A stretch of DNA of 64,000 bases from Candidatus Melainabacteria bacterium 17Bon1m (GCA_032128875.1 JAVLKG010000002.1:480001-544000); one strand, 5' to 3'; shown: positions 30,133 to 39,474, counted from the stretch's first letter. Notes: generated by a model not told the origin, from the letters alone. Made by a program: numbers and translations.

Positions 30133-31404
30133 ATTACGCAGTCTGTTCTGGCGAAAGAGTTTTCACAAACGTTTCGGTCGCTTCGGTATCGAAACTATAG
30201 ACTCTACTTTGTCGGACAGTTGCTTTCGTTGTCTGGAACCTGGATGCAACAAGTTGCACTGAGTTGGCTTGTCTACAGGCTTACGCAGTCCGCATTCATG
30301 CTTGGGGTTGTTGAAAGCGCTGTGTTATTTCCCGTCATGCTTTTTGGCTTGTTGGGAGGATCTGTTGCAGACAAGCGAGACAGAAGAAGAGTGCTCATAA
30401 TCTGTCAACTTATTTCAATGTTGCAAGCATTGATGTTGGCACTTTTGACTTTCAACAACCAAATTCAAGTTTGGCATTGTGTTGCGCTGGCACTTCTTTT
30501 GGGCACTGTTAACGCTTTTGAAATACCAACTCGACAGTCTTTCTTACCGGAGCTTATCGACAGAAAAGATTTGGTCAACGCTATTAGTCTAAATTCGTCT
30601 ATCTTCAATGGCGCTCGCATTATTGGCCCGGCGATTGCCGGAATGGCGATACCGTTGGTCGGCGAGGCGTCGTGTTTTTTCCTCAATGCTGCAAGTTATA
30701 TGTGGACTCTTCTTGCATACTCGTTGATTTCAATTGATAACGCTCAGAAAGAAGAAAACGCAGACGAGAAGAAGCCCATTGCTGAAGGTATAGATTTCAT
30801 TCTGAATTCGCCAACCATTTTGCGCCTTATATTCCTGGGTGGCGTGATTAGTTTATGCGGCATGAATTACAACGTACTGATGCCTGTATTTGCATCCGAG
30901 ATTTTACATGGTGATGTGCGTACTCTGGCAATGCTGAGAGCCGGCGCAGGGCTTGGGGCCTTTTGTGCCGCTCTAATGCTTGCTAATCGCGGCAAAGGCG
31001 ACTTTCTCAAAGTCAATCTTGGTTTTGCGTCAATATTTTTCGGTCTGAGCCTACTCGCATTTTCTTGGTCGAAGCAGTATTGGATTTGCCAATCGGTGAT
31101 AGTGCTTGTTGGATTCTTTCTTACTTCCCAGCTGAGCGGAGGTCACTCGTTGATTCAACTTGCTGTCAAAGATGAGCTTAGAGGTCGGGTATTAAGCCTG
31201 TACTTGATTGTGATGATGGGATTTTCGCCGCTGGGTAGTTTGGTTATCGGCTGGTCCGCCCATCGTTTTGGCGCACCACCTGTAGTATCGGTGTGTGCCT
31301 CCATTTGCATTCTGGCAGGACTAATCTATACAGTATGGACGAGGAGCGACAAAGGAGTTTCATATTCACTAGCCGCTGAATCGTCAAAACAAGAGCAAGT
31401 GTGA
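30133..31404 (+). CDS. MFS transporter (MFS_3/DUF894 type), probable non-canonical ATT start
   Basis: The conserved N-terminus TFRSLRYRNYRLYFVGQ lies upstream of the ORF-track TTG at 30220. GTWMQQVA, ADKRDRRR, NAISLNSSIFNGARIIGPA and LRGRVLSLY motifs. Confidence 0.88.
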   Translation: MTQSVLAKEFSQTFRSLRYRNYRLYFVGQLLSLSGTWMQQVALSWLVYRLTQSAFMLGVVESAVLFPVMLFGLLGGSVADKRDRRRVLIICQLISMLQALMLALLTFNNQIQVWHCVALALLLGTVNAFEIPTRQSFLPELIDRKDLVNAISLNSSIFNGARIIGPAIAGMAIPLVGEASCFFLNAASYMWTLLAYSLISIDNAQKEENADEKKPIAEGIDFILNSPTILRLIFLGGVISLCGMNYNVLMPVFASEILHGDVRTLAMLRAGAGLGAFCAALMLANRGKGDFLKVNLGFASIFFGLSLLAFSWSKQYWICQSVIVLVGFFLTSQLSGGHSLIQLAVKDELRGRVLSLYLIVMMGFSPLGSLVIGWSAHRFGAPPVVSVCASICILAGLIYTVWTRSDKGVSYSLAAESSKQEQV

Positions 31405-31510
31405 GCAAGCTAAAGTAAGCGTGAAGGGTTGAAACGACCTTCAGCGGCGGTGGAACATTACATTAGTGTGGAATGATACTCTTAAGCATTAAGAGCAAAG
31501 ATGAGCTTAT

Positions 31511-32884
31511 ATGGCTGAAAACGGCGATGACAATGTAGTGAAAGCTTCCGGACATTCTGAGGCGGATGCTGAGTCCGGCTGGGATTACAGCGCTTCGTCC
31601 GGTCCGAAAGATGGGACGAACGGCGCTGAGATTGTTGGTGGTCAGCCTGGAAGCAAGGACGAGTCCGGATTTTCGCTCAGTAGCAAATTGCTGATTAGCA
31701 TTCTTGTCGTTAATACATTTGGAGTTGGTATATGGATAGGCTCACAGTTCATGTCTCGTGACGACATTGAGAGCCCTAGAAAACCGACCACCGGTCAAGT
31801 AGAAACACACGAAACCGAGCTGCCTGTAGCCATTCCCCATAAGAATATTATTCGAAATTTGGGCGAGTCCACTGTTGCCGACATAGCTGAGAAAGTGGCG
31901 CCCGCCGTGGTTGCCATTGAAGTCACTGGCAGAAATAGTGCAGAAAAGACGCTGGCGGCGGCTATAGACGCCCCCACTCCGCAGTTCTTCTTTGGTCCAC
32001 GCATGCGCCTGGAGCAAACGCCACAGCCTTTTGTTGATGGGCAGGAAAAACGTTCTGCCGGCTCCGGAGTGATTATTAGAGAAGACGGCTATATTCTCAC
32101 AAACAGTCACGTGGCCCGAAATGACAGTCTGATAAAGGTCACCCTTAACGACAAGCGTGAATTTCAGGGGCAGTTGGTCGGCAAGGACAATTTCACCGAT
32201 CTGGCGCTCGTCAAAATCAATGCCACTGGTCTTCCAATCGCGCGGTTGGGCACCAGCAAGCACATACGACCGGGGGAGTGGGCAATAGCCATCGGTAACC
32301 CCTTTGGATTCGAGCACACCGTGACGCTCGGAATTGTAAGCGCCATCGGCAGGTCTGTTGCTGATTTAAATCACCACGTCGAACTCATTCAGACAGATGC
32401 GGCTATTAATCCAGGTAATTCAGGCGGACCGCTGCTTAACCTGGGTGGTGACGTAATTGGCATCAATACGGCCATTCGATATGACGCTCAAAACATAGGT
32501 TTTGCAATTCCGGTCGACGTGGCCAGAGAAGTTGCGACTGGATTACTTTCTCCGTATCACGCGATAAGCAGACCGTATTTAGGGATTTACATGAGAGACC
32601 TCGATCCTAAGGTGAGAGAAGCTCTTTCTATTCCCAAAGATGTCCGTGGCGTGCTTGTCCGCAAAGTGGCGGCTGGCGGACCTTCCAATCGGGCAAAGCT
32701 GGCGCCCGGAGACCTCATTCAAAAGGTCAATGGAGTGCTGGTTGCCTCGTCAAAGGATATGCGCGAGATCATAAAAGCCTGCAAGCCCGGAGACGTGCTT
32801 AAAGTATCGTTTACGAGGAAAGGTACTGTCTCTGAGACGGAGCTCACGGTAGGCGACTATTCCAAGGAAGTTGTCGACGATTAA
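31511..32884 (+). CDS. htrA: HtrA/DegP-family serine protease (TM anchor, trypsin domain, one PDZ)
   Basis: GSGVII, LTNSHV, DLAL, IQTDAAINPGNSGGPL and PDZ RPYLGI...GDLIQKVNG. Confidence 0.95.
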   Translation: MAENGDDNVVKASGHSEADAESGWDYSASSGPKDGTNGAEIVGGQPGSKDESGFSLSSKLLISILVVNTFGVGIWIGSQFMSRDDIESPRKPTTGQVETHETELPVAIPHKNIIRNLGESTVADIAEKVAPAVVAIEVTGRNSAEKTLAAAIDAPTPQFFFGPRMRLEQTPQPFVDGQEKRSAGSGVIIREDGYILTNSHVARNDSLIKVTLNDKREFQGQLVGKDNFTDLALVKINATGLPIARLGTSKHIRPGEWAIAIGNPFGFEHTVTLGIVSAIGRSVADLNHHVELIQTDAAINPGNSGGPLLNLGGDVIGINTAIRYDAQNIGFAIPVDVAREVATGLLSPYHAISRPYLGIYMRDLDPKVREALSIPKDVRGVLVRKVAAGGPSNRAKLAPGDLIQKVNGVLVASSKDMREIIKACKPGDVLKVSFTRKGTVSETELTVGDYSKEVVDD

Positions 32885-32901
32885 TGCTGGACGCATGAGT
32901 T

Positions 32902-33022
32902 TTGACTTCCGAATTTGATTTCCGAATCTAATTTCCAAATCTGCCTTCCAAATCTGACTTCCGAAGCTGACCTTATGATTCGGGACTTTTGATTCTGGAC
33001 TTCTAAATCTAGAACTCCGAAT
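32902..33022. repeat. Degenerate 13-bp tandem repeat (consensus about CTGACTTCCGAAT)
   Basis: ttgacttccgaat/ttgatttccgaat/ctaatttccaaat/ctgccttccaaat/ctgacttccgaag, then about 4 decayed copies. Confidence 0.8.
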
Positions 33023-33200
33023 TAAGGTTGCCGGTGGTATTTTCCCCAATGCGTGCCTTCTACCGCTCACATAGTATGCAGGTATCTTTTGGCGACCTTT
33101 TCCGAATCAATAACAACGTAGCTTCAGGCAAACCTGTGGCAGAGCATTCCTGCGAATTACAAGCAGCGTAAATGGCTCCTTTTGTGGAGAATTGGCTTAT

Positions 33201-34916
33201 ATGCCCGGTGGCGATTTCAGAGATAGTGTCTTGCAAGCTTCTGCTAAAGCCGAGGCGGTCAGCGAAGATGCAACAGAGCAAAAGCCACAAAAGAGTAGTG
33301 GTGATGCCTTCTCTGACTTTGCGGCCGGCGCTTGGTCTTCGTTTAAGTATTCGCTCGTTCAGGCCCCTCTGACCGGTGCAACACAATTAATAGATAAGGC
33401 CGCCGGAACTAATTGGGAGCAAAGCACCAAACTTTTTGATAAGCCCGCACATGCCGAATTCGGGTCTGCGGGTTGGGTAGGAGAAGCCGTTGGAGGCACA
33501 GCCGGAGCCGCCTTGCCATTTATTCTCATGGCTCGCGTCGCTGGTCCAGGCGCCGCGGCAAAAATGGAACAGTCTGCAGCATACGGTATTGCCAGCAAAG
33601 AAGCTGTTTTTCCTGTACTCAAATCTATAGGGGCCGGCGTAGCCTATAACGGAATATTCACTCCTGTAGAACAGGGCGAAGATTTCCTTTCCGCTCGCGC
33701 CAGAAACATGGCAGTTGGTGGACTGACATGGGGCAGTTTGACCGCAACAAGTATCGGGTTGAAAGGGCTTGGTTTGCGTTCTTTCAACCAGACTGCAATA
33801 GCTGAAGCGCAAGGATTAGCACCAGCTGCGAAATATACCGAGGGCGTATTTGCAAATAATACAGTCCGAACCGTCTTGAAAAATGATGTATTCAATGGAG
33901 CAGCCGGTGGTATTGTCGGCGGTATCGTAGACGTCCAAGGGCGCTCTCTGCTTTCTGGTCACGGACTGGCATCTGCTGGTGATACCATGCAAGGCGCAGC
34001 AACGTTTGCGCTGGGCGGCGCCCTTATGGGCGGTACCAATATTCTCTATGAAAAGGTTCGACCCACAAGTGGCGACAAAAGATATAGAACTCTTGAAGAC
34101 ATTACAAAGGTCGCTGATTCCACGCGGGATCCAAGCGCTCCACCGCGATATTACTATGACAATCTTGCCGCGCAGGAAGGAAACGTCATGGGTGGGCGAC
34201 ACGAGCAAATGTCGGCTCTCAAAGGTATGATCGAACAAAGCCGTCTACCGCAAGGCGAACAAGGCAAAGTCTTACGAGCTCACCAAGATTTAGTGACAGG
34301 CCTAGAAGCTGTGCATGACCATGGTCCTGTCGGAGTGATGTACGGCTCTGCTCGCACCAAATCAGATACTTTTGCTTATCAAAGAGGAAGACTCACTTCG
34401 GCACTTGTTGCGAAAGAGGGCTATCCAATGATGACCGGCGGGGGACCCGGAATGATGGAAGCTGGCAATCGCGGCGCTTATGAAGCCGGTGGCCGCTCAA
34501 TCGGGGTTTCGCTGGAATTGCCGCACGAACCAATCGGCAACGGCTATCAAACAACAATTCTAAGTGCTAAGGACTTCGGTCCTCGCAAAGAAATTCTGCG
34601 CACTCACGATTTTGCTGTCGTTGAAAAAGGTGGCATCGGTTCTGTCGACGAGATGGCCGAGCTTCTTACTCACTTGCAGACAGGTATGAAGCAAAGAACT
34701 CCCGTCTACATAATGTACGAGAAGCCTTACAAGCATTTTGATAGCATGATGCGCGAGATGGAAAAACAAGGTCTCATCTCCAAGGGCGACCGCGAATTAT
34801 ATAAAATAGTCAAATCTCCATATGAGATAGCTGCAGACTTGCGTGCCAGACGAGAAGCCGGTTTGCTGCGCCCGGGAACTAACAAGCCGATGATTAGTCA
34901 ACCGATCGGTTCTTAA
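33201..34916 (+). CDS. Fusion of a Gly/Ala-rich hydrophobic N-terminal region with a C-terminal LOG/SLOG (TIGR00730-like) domain
   Basis: C-terminal MYGSAR, TGGGPGMMEAGNRGA, SIGVSLELPHE, FGPRK and KGGIGSVDE; the first ~300 aa contain several GxxxG hydrophobic helices. GGAGA RBS 10 nt before ATG 33201. Confidence 0.85.
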   Translation: MPGGDFRDSVLQASAKAEAVSEDATEQKPQKSSGDAFSDFAAGAWSSFKYSLVQAPLTGATQLIDKAAGTNWEQSTKLFDKPAHAEFGSAGWVGEAVGGTAGAALPFILMARVAGPGAAAKMEQSAAYGIASKEAVFPVLKSIGAGVAYNGIFTPVEQGEDFLSARARNMAVGGLTWGSLTATSIGLKGLGLRSFNQTAIAEAQGLAPAAKYTEGVFANNTVRTVLKNDVFNGAAGGIVGGIVDVQGRSLLSGHGLASAGDTMQGAATFALGGALMGGTNILYEKVRPTSGDKRYRTLEDITKVADSTRDPSAPPRYYYDNLAAQEGNVMGGRHEQMSALKGMIEQSRLPQGEQGKVLRAHQDLVTGLEAVHDHGPVGVMYGSARTKSDTFAYQRGRLTSALVAKEGYPMMTGGGPGMMEAGNRGAYEAGGRSIGVSLELPHEPIGNGYQTTILSAKDFGPRKEILRTHDFAVVEKGGIGSVDEMAELLTHLQTGMKQRTPVYIMYEKPYKHFDSMMREMEKQGLISKGDRELYKIVKSPYEIAADLRARREAGLLRPGTNKPMISQPIGS

Positions 34917-34941
34917 GACACAGATCTCAGGAAATAGAAAA

Positions 34942-35268
34942 ATGACCCTAACTCAAAAGAAATGCATTCCGTGCAACGGCGGAACGCCTCAGTTGACCTC
35001 GGCCCAGAGAGCTGAGCTTCTCAAAGAAATTAGTGGATGGAACGTTGAAGACGAAAAGAAACTGGTCAAGGCTTTCTCATTCGACGATTTCAATGGGGCC
35101 ATGAGGCTGGCTAACAAGTGTTGGGAAGTCGCTGAATCCGAGGGGCACCATCCCGATCTCTTTGTCGCCTGGGGCAAATTGAAAGTTGAAATCTGGACGC
35201 ATGCCGTTGGCGGGCTTACCGAGAGTGACTTCATTCTTGCCGCAAAGATAGACGAAGCGGCAAAGTGA
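34942..35268 (+). CDS. phhB: Pterin-4-alpha-carbinolamine dehydratase
   Basis: KKCIPCNGG, AESEGHHPDL and WTHAVGGLTESDFILAAKID. Confidence 0.93.
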   Translation: MTLTQKKCIPCNGGTPQLTSAQRAELLKEISGWNVEDEKKLVKAFSFDDFNGAMRLANKCWEVAESEGHHPDLFVAWGKLKVEIWTHAVGGLTESDFILAAKIDEAAK

Positions 35269-35298
35269 TTGAGCTGCAATTAGTCTATGGCATTTGCG

Positions 35299-36021
35299 CT
35301 ATGGGAAAAGTTTGTAGCAGAGTGCTGACAACCCAAACAACACAAATATGATCGCCCATATCCATTGTGGCGAAGCGGCTCCGCTTCCCTTCATCTCTTT
35401 GGAGCGTGAAGAGTTTCGCATCGCCTGTGATGTGCCGGTCTGTTTTTGCGCTGCTACCGAATCTTCGGAGGACGCTGCAGCAGCCGCTGCAGGCGCCGTT
35501 TTGCCCCCACCTTTTGCAGAACTTATGATAGCTGCTACATCGTCATCTTCATCGTCATCAGACAGAGCCGCTGCAAGACCAGGAGGTATCGCATCTTTTG
35601 CCGGCTCTTTTGCAGCCGGAGCGGCTGCCGCTGGCGCTGCATGAAGCTGTTCTGCTTTCAGCACGACTCTTTTGACTACATCGGGAAGCTGATCTTTCCA
35701 CGTTTGTGAATCGAGGAAGTCCGTCGCGCCTAATTGCATGGAAGTTTTTATCAAACCGCCATCAAGCGTTTCATTGCTCACCAAAAACTGAATTTTTGGA
35801 TGCTGTTCTCTTAAGTCTCCCAGCATGGTCAGCGCCTTCATGGGCTCCGGCGCCAACTCAATCCAAACCAGTTTTGGAGAAAGCGCGGTGATTTGTTTCG
35901 CCGCACTTTGACGATTCACTGTACCTATGAGTCGCAGCTCTTTGTGAGCTCCGATCAATGCCTCAATTTGCTTGGCCTTGTCTTCTCCTGCCTCGCAAAT
36001 GATCAATGTAGGTAACGACAC
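35299..36021 (-). CDS. Atypical (pseudo) receiver-domain protein with C-terminal TM anchor
   Basis: REC-like fold (PKLVWIELA, where Glu replaces the phospho-Asp; MQLGATDFL lacking KP), Ala-rich linker and C-terminal WIWAIIFVLFGLSALCY. Confidence 0.7.
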   Translation of the reverse strand: MSLPTLIICEAGEDKAKQIEALIGAHKELRLIGTVNRQSAAKQITALSPKLVWIELAPEPMKALTMLGDLREQHPKIQFLVSNETLDGGLIKTSMQLGATDFLDSQTWKDQLPDVVKRVVLKAEQLHAAPAAAAPAAKEPAKDAIPPGLAAALSDDDEDDDVAAIISSAKGGGKTAPAAAAAASSEDSVAAQKQTGTSQAMRNSSRSKEMKGSGAASPQWIWAIIFVLFGLSALCYKLFP

Positions 36022-36042
36022 TATCTACCTCGAATCTAGTTA

Positions 36043-38523
36043 TTACGTTAGAGAGAAACCACTTAGGACTCCGCTTGTTTCCATGATTTTGCGGCGCACA
36101 TCTTCGGCCCCGATCGAGCCTAGTTCAAGGTCTTTGAAAATGCACAGCAGTTGCATGGAAGTCATCAAGCAAAGATTTTTCTTCTTGGCGAACTCAGCCA
36201 GCGCGTCAGTGAAATCGGGCTCAGTTCTTTCGCTTGGCGGTCTATTCGACCAGGTGCAAGCAACCAACAAGCCTTTTGGTTCACTTTCATGCTCGCCCCA
36301 GTAATTGATTACCGACTCACCGAGGAGAGCCAAGTCAGTACGCTTCGCTTGCGCATTGCTCTTCACTACGTGAGTGAGAACGTCTGCTTTTTCCCCGAGG
36401 TTCAACCACAATTCATTGGCATTGTTCGGTGAAACTGTCGCTGTCCAGCCGATTTTGCCGAATGCCTTCTGGCAAGCGGAAACCAGACCTGTTCCATCAG
36501 CCGACAAAAGCGAATTCTTAACGCCGTCAAGAAGGGAGATTCTCGATTCGATGGTGCTAATGCGATTTTGAATCTGACGAATTTGCTCGTTGAGATCGTT
36601 TCTCTCAGACTTGAGTTCATTCAGCCCAGGAAAGGAATACTGCAAGCACCAATCTGGTGCTCCGACTGCGGTGTTTTCTTCCAATTGTGTCGTCATTGTC
36701 CTTGCCTGTGATGAGAGTGGAGATTCAACTGGAGTTTCCGGCTTGGGCGGCGGAGGAGGAGCTGGTGGAGGTGGTGGCGGCGGAGGTGGCGGCGGCGGTG
36801 GCGGCTCCGGTTCCCTAGGGGGCGGAGGTGGTGGCGGCGGCGGTGCCTCGAACCTAATAGGCTCCGGCTCTATGACCGGTGGCGGCGGCGGAGGAAGCGG
36901 TGGTGGTGGTGGCGGTGGTGGAGGAGGCGGAGGAGGCGGCGGCGGCGGTGGTGGCAGAGGCGGTGCTTCCGGCTCGTCCATTTGCGTCAACGAATCGCCC
37001 AACGTGATTGGAGCATGCGTTCCGGTCGAAGTAGTCTCCGACGGCTCTTCTTCACGTGGTGCCTGTGGTTGTGTCGCTTGTCCCGAGACTTTGAGTGACT
37101 CGAGTTGGGCCATCAAACTGTTTGCTTTGCCAGTAGCGTCCAACGCTTCTACCGGCGTGGGCGGAGGAGGAGGCGGAGGAGGTGGGGGTGGTGGTAGCGG
37201 CTCCGGGATGGGCGGAGGAGGAGGTGGAGGAGGAGGTGGAGGAGGAGGAGGAGGTGGTGGTGGTGGCGGCGGTGGTGGTGGCGGAGGTGGTGGCGGCGGC
37301 GCCGGAGGTTCTGGTTCCGGTCCACTTAAAAGCGCTCCAAGAGATGCCTTCACAGGCGCTTCCGTTTTTGCAGCCTCTGCCTTAACCGAGTTAAGAATGT
37401 CTTCAGCGCTCATTGCCGCAGAGTTCGCAGTTAAATCGATTGTTTCCGGAGACAAGCTTTCTATGCTTGTTGCAGGTAATTTGTCGTAGGTCGCCATCGG
37501 TGAATTGTATTCGCCCGACGTCAGAGTCAGAGGCGGCACTGAAGATGCTACAGGAGTCGGTTCTGGTAAAGTTGCCGTGCTCGATTCTGCAGATTTTTGC
37601 GCCAACATAGCACCCAAGCCTGAGCCGCCTGCTGGAGCGGGTGCAGGTTCTTGAATTTGTGGGCTTTCCAACCTTGGCAGTTGAGTGCTCGAGGTACTTG
37701 CTTTGTTGGCGACAAATTTGTGAGGATCCGGCGCCGTTGCTTGTGCTTGATGTTCGACCGAAGCTGCAACCAGAGCTGCTGTTTCGTCTTTGACGTACTG
37801 GGATATGTCCTCACCTTCACGCTTGGAATACCAGAGGTTCAAGCAGTGAATTAGAGTCCGGTCGAAATCCGGCGAATAAGGAGCGGGCAAGAAAATGATC
37901 CTTCCGCCCTTGTCTCCGGCATATAAATGTGCGGAGATGCATTTCTTCGGACCGGCAGTTGCAAGAACGTTGTAGCCTTCCGTCAAGAAATCGGTGCGTA
38001 TTATGGTGCTCCACTCCACGCCCGGTTGTGCAAGATATGAAGCGAATTCCGATTCATTGCCTTCATCGGTCAATTCCACGTTTCGACCGTGAGAGACGGC
38101 ACTCATATGCCTGGTGTTTCTTTCAGTCGATTTATCTGGTGCCAGACTGAGCAGCCAGACATAGTTGTCCATCGCTGTAGTCTTTCCTTGAATAAGGAAT
38201 GGGCGGGCTAAGAAATAAACCAGAATGCCGCCCTTTTCGAGAAACTTCACCAGTTGCTCGGTGCGGCTGTTAATTTCGTCTGAGATCGCTTCCAGCAGCG
38301 CGTCATTGGTGGTGTTGACCGAAGTCAGTCCTTCAGTCTGCGCGCTTTCGACCTGCCGAACCATGTCCGGGTCACGATCGAAAAGGTGCAGCGTGCTCAC
38401 CGGATTGACGATGATCGCCGTGTAGTAATCGAGTGGTTTGGCGCGCCCGGACGTGAGGAAAGACTCTTCGCCGAAGCCAGGGCAATTCAGCCTGAGAATC
38501 CTATCCTTCTCAATGGATTTCAT
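36043..38523 (-). CDS. Polyproline-rich protein with coiled coil and C-terminal restriction-endonuclease-like domain
   Basis: 826 aa; globular N-terminus, several poly-Pro tracts, heptad coiled coil (LKSERNDLNEQIRQIQNRISTIESRI) and C-terminal EPKGLLVAC...FAKKKNLCLMTSMQLL. Confidence 0.8.
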   Translation of the reverse strand: MKSIEKDRILRLNCPGFGEESFLTSGRAKPLDYYTAIIVNPVSTLHLFDRDPDMVRQVESAQTEGLTSVNTTNDALLEAISDEINSRTEQLVKFLEKGGILVYFLARPFLIQGKTTAMDNYVWLLSLAPDKSTERNTRHMSAVSHGRNVELTDEGNESEFASYLAQPGVEWSTIIRTDFLTEGYNVLATAGPKKCISAHLYAGDKGGRIIFLPAPYSPDFDRTLIHCLNLWYSKREGEDISQYVKDETAALVAASVEHQAQATAPDPHKFVANKASTSSTQLPRLESPQIQEPAPAPAGGSGLGAMLAQKSAESSTATLPEPTPVASSVPPLTLTSGEYNSPMATYDKLPATSIESLSPETIDLTANSAAMSAEDILNSVKAEAAKTEAPVKASLGALLSGPEPEPPAPPPPPPPPPPPPPPPPPPPPPPPPPPPPPPIPEPLPPPPPPPPPPPPTPVEALDATGKANSLMAQLESLKVSGQATQPQAPREEEPSETTSTGTHAPITLGDSLTQMDEPEAPPLPPPPPPPPPPPPPPPPPPPLPPPPPPVIEPEPIRFEAPPPPPPPPPREPEPPPPPPPPPPPPPPAPPPPPKPETPVESPLSSQARTMTTQLEENTAVGAPDWCLQYSFPGLNELKSERNDLNEQIRQIQNRISTIESRISLLDGVKNSLLSADGTGLVSACQKAFGKIGWTATVSPNNANELWLNLGEKADVLTHVVKSNAQAKRTDLALLGESVINYWGEHESEPKGLLVACTWSNRPPSERTEPDFTDALAEFAKKKNLCLMTSMQLLCIFKDLELGSIGAEDVRRKIMETSGVLSGFSLT
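36745..37310. repeat. GGN trinucleotide low-complexity tracts (poly-Pro codons on the - strand)
   Basis: 37211-37300 is 30 consecutive GGN triplets, with further runs nearby. Confidence 0.95.
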
Positions 38524-38650
38524 TATTGGTACCTTTCAAGAATCTTCTCAAGAGACTTTTCACCGCTTACTCGATTCGTTATACCCACTAATTAAAAAGC
38601 GATCAAAGTCATATCGTTGCCAAGCATGACCGTCGCAGCTTTTCTTAATG

Positions 38651-39346
38651 TCAAGCCAAACTTCTTGGTGCAATGAGCTCCTCAAGTTCGACTTCATCCA
38701 TGCTGTTCAGGACCAGGTCAGCGTGTGCAAAATCCTGGTGCCTAGTAGCCTGGCACGGAATAGCAATGCACATCATACCCGCTGCCTTAGCCGCACAAAC
38801 CCCATTGAATGTATCTTCGATTACCAGACACTCGGAGGGTTGGACGCCCAGTCTTTGAGCCGCCAAAAGGAAAACATCGGGCGCCGGCTTGCCGTTTGGA
38901 ACTTCGTCACCGGAGCAGAGGTGTCCGAAGTACTTGCGCGTGCCTGTGATTTCTACAACAAGCTCGATCGTCGGCATCGTCGCAGAGGAGGCAATTACGC
39001 GTGGAACGTTCAATCTGTGAGCATTCTCCAGCGTTTTAAGCACGCCAGGTTGGATTGTGAGTTGCTCCACGAAGAGTTTGTGAAGCATCTCTTCCTTCTT
39101 TGCGACAAACTCAAGCGGGGTCATCTCGAGTTTATGTCGCTCGAGTAAATGTTTTGCACAATCCACGTCTTTCATACCGAGGAATTTGTGGTTGTCTTCT
39201 TCAAGAAACGTCAGTCCAAAATTGGCAAGAAATCGCTGATAAGCGAGCAAATGTAATGGCTCTGAATCAATGAGTACTCCGTCCATATCAAAGACGATTG
39301 CGCGTACGCCCTTAATAGTCGATTTGCCATTGGGTATCGAAGACAT
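38651..39346 (-). CDS. HAD-superfamily phosphatase (subfamily IA, beta-PGM/CbbY-like)
   Basis: FDMDGVLIDSE, IASSA, GKPAPDVF and VIEDTFNGV. Confidence 0.92.
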   Translation of the reverse strand: MSSIPNGKSTIKGVRAIVFDMDGVLIDSEPLHLLAYQRFLANFGLTFLEEDNHKFLGMKDVDCAKHLLERHKLEMTPLEFVAKKEEMLHKLFVEQLTIQPGVLKTLENAHRLNVPRVIASSATMPTIELVVEITGTRKYFGHLCSGDEVPNGKPAPDVFLLAAQRLGVQPSECLVIEDTFNGVCAAKAAGMMCIAIPCQATRHQDFAHADLVLNSMDEVELEELIAPRSLA

Positions 39347-39369
39347 TGATGTTTCCTCTTGATTGACGC

Positions 39370-39410
39370 AAATATATCAAATGGGGACGGTTTGTATATC
39401 CCGTCCCCAT
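39370..39410 (-). terminator. Probable intrinsic terminator
   Basis: ATGGGGACGG-N10-CCGTCCCCAT perfect inverted repeat (39381-39410) followed on the - strand by TTGATATATTT. Confidence 0.55.
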
Positions 39411-39474
39411 CGTCTAATTTCTTGCTTTTGTTCGCTTGTAAAACTTAATTCGACTGGTGCGAATCAGTTAGAGC

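Noticed and set aside
32902-33022. Possible CRISPR array
   Set aside because: Units are 13 bp, head-to-tail, without spacers, and no cas genes are in the window.
34942-35268. Immunity gene for the LOG-fusion protein
   Set aside because: It is an intact, ordinary pterin-4a-carbinolamine dehydratase with the HHP motif; position alone is not evidence.
36590-37489. 299-aa poly-glycine ORF on the + strand
   Set aside because: Codon-for-codon antisense of the poly-Pro tracts; the - strand ORF has flanking globular domains and operon context.
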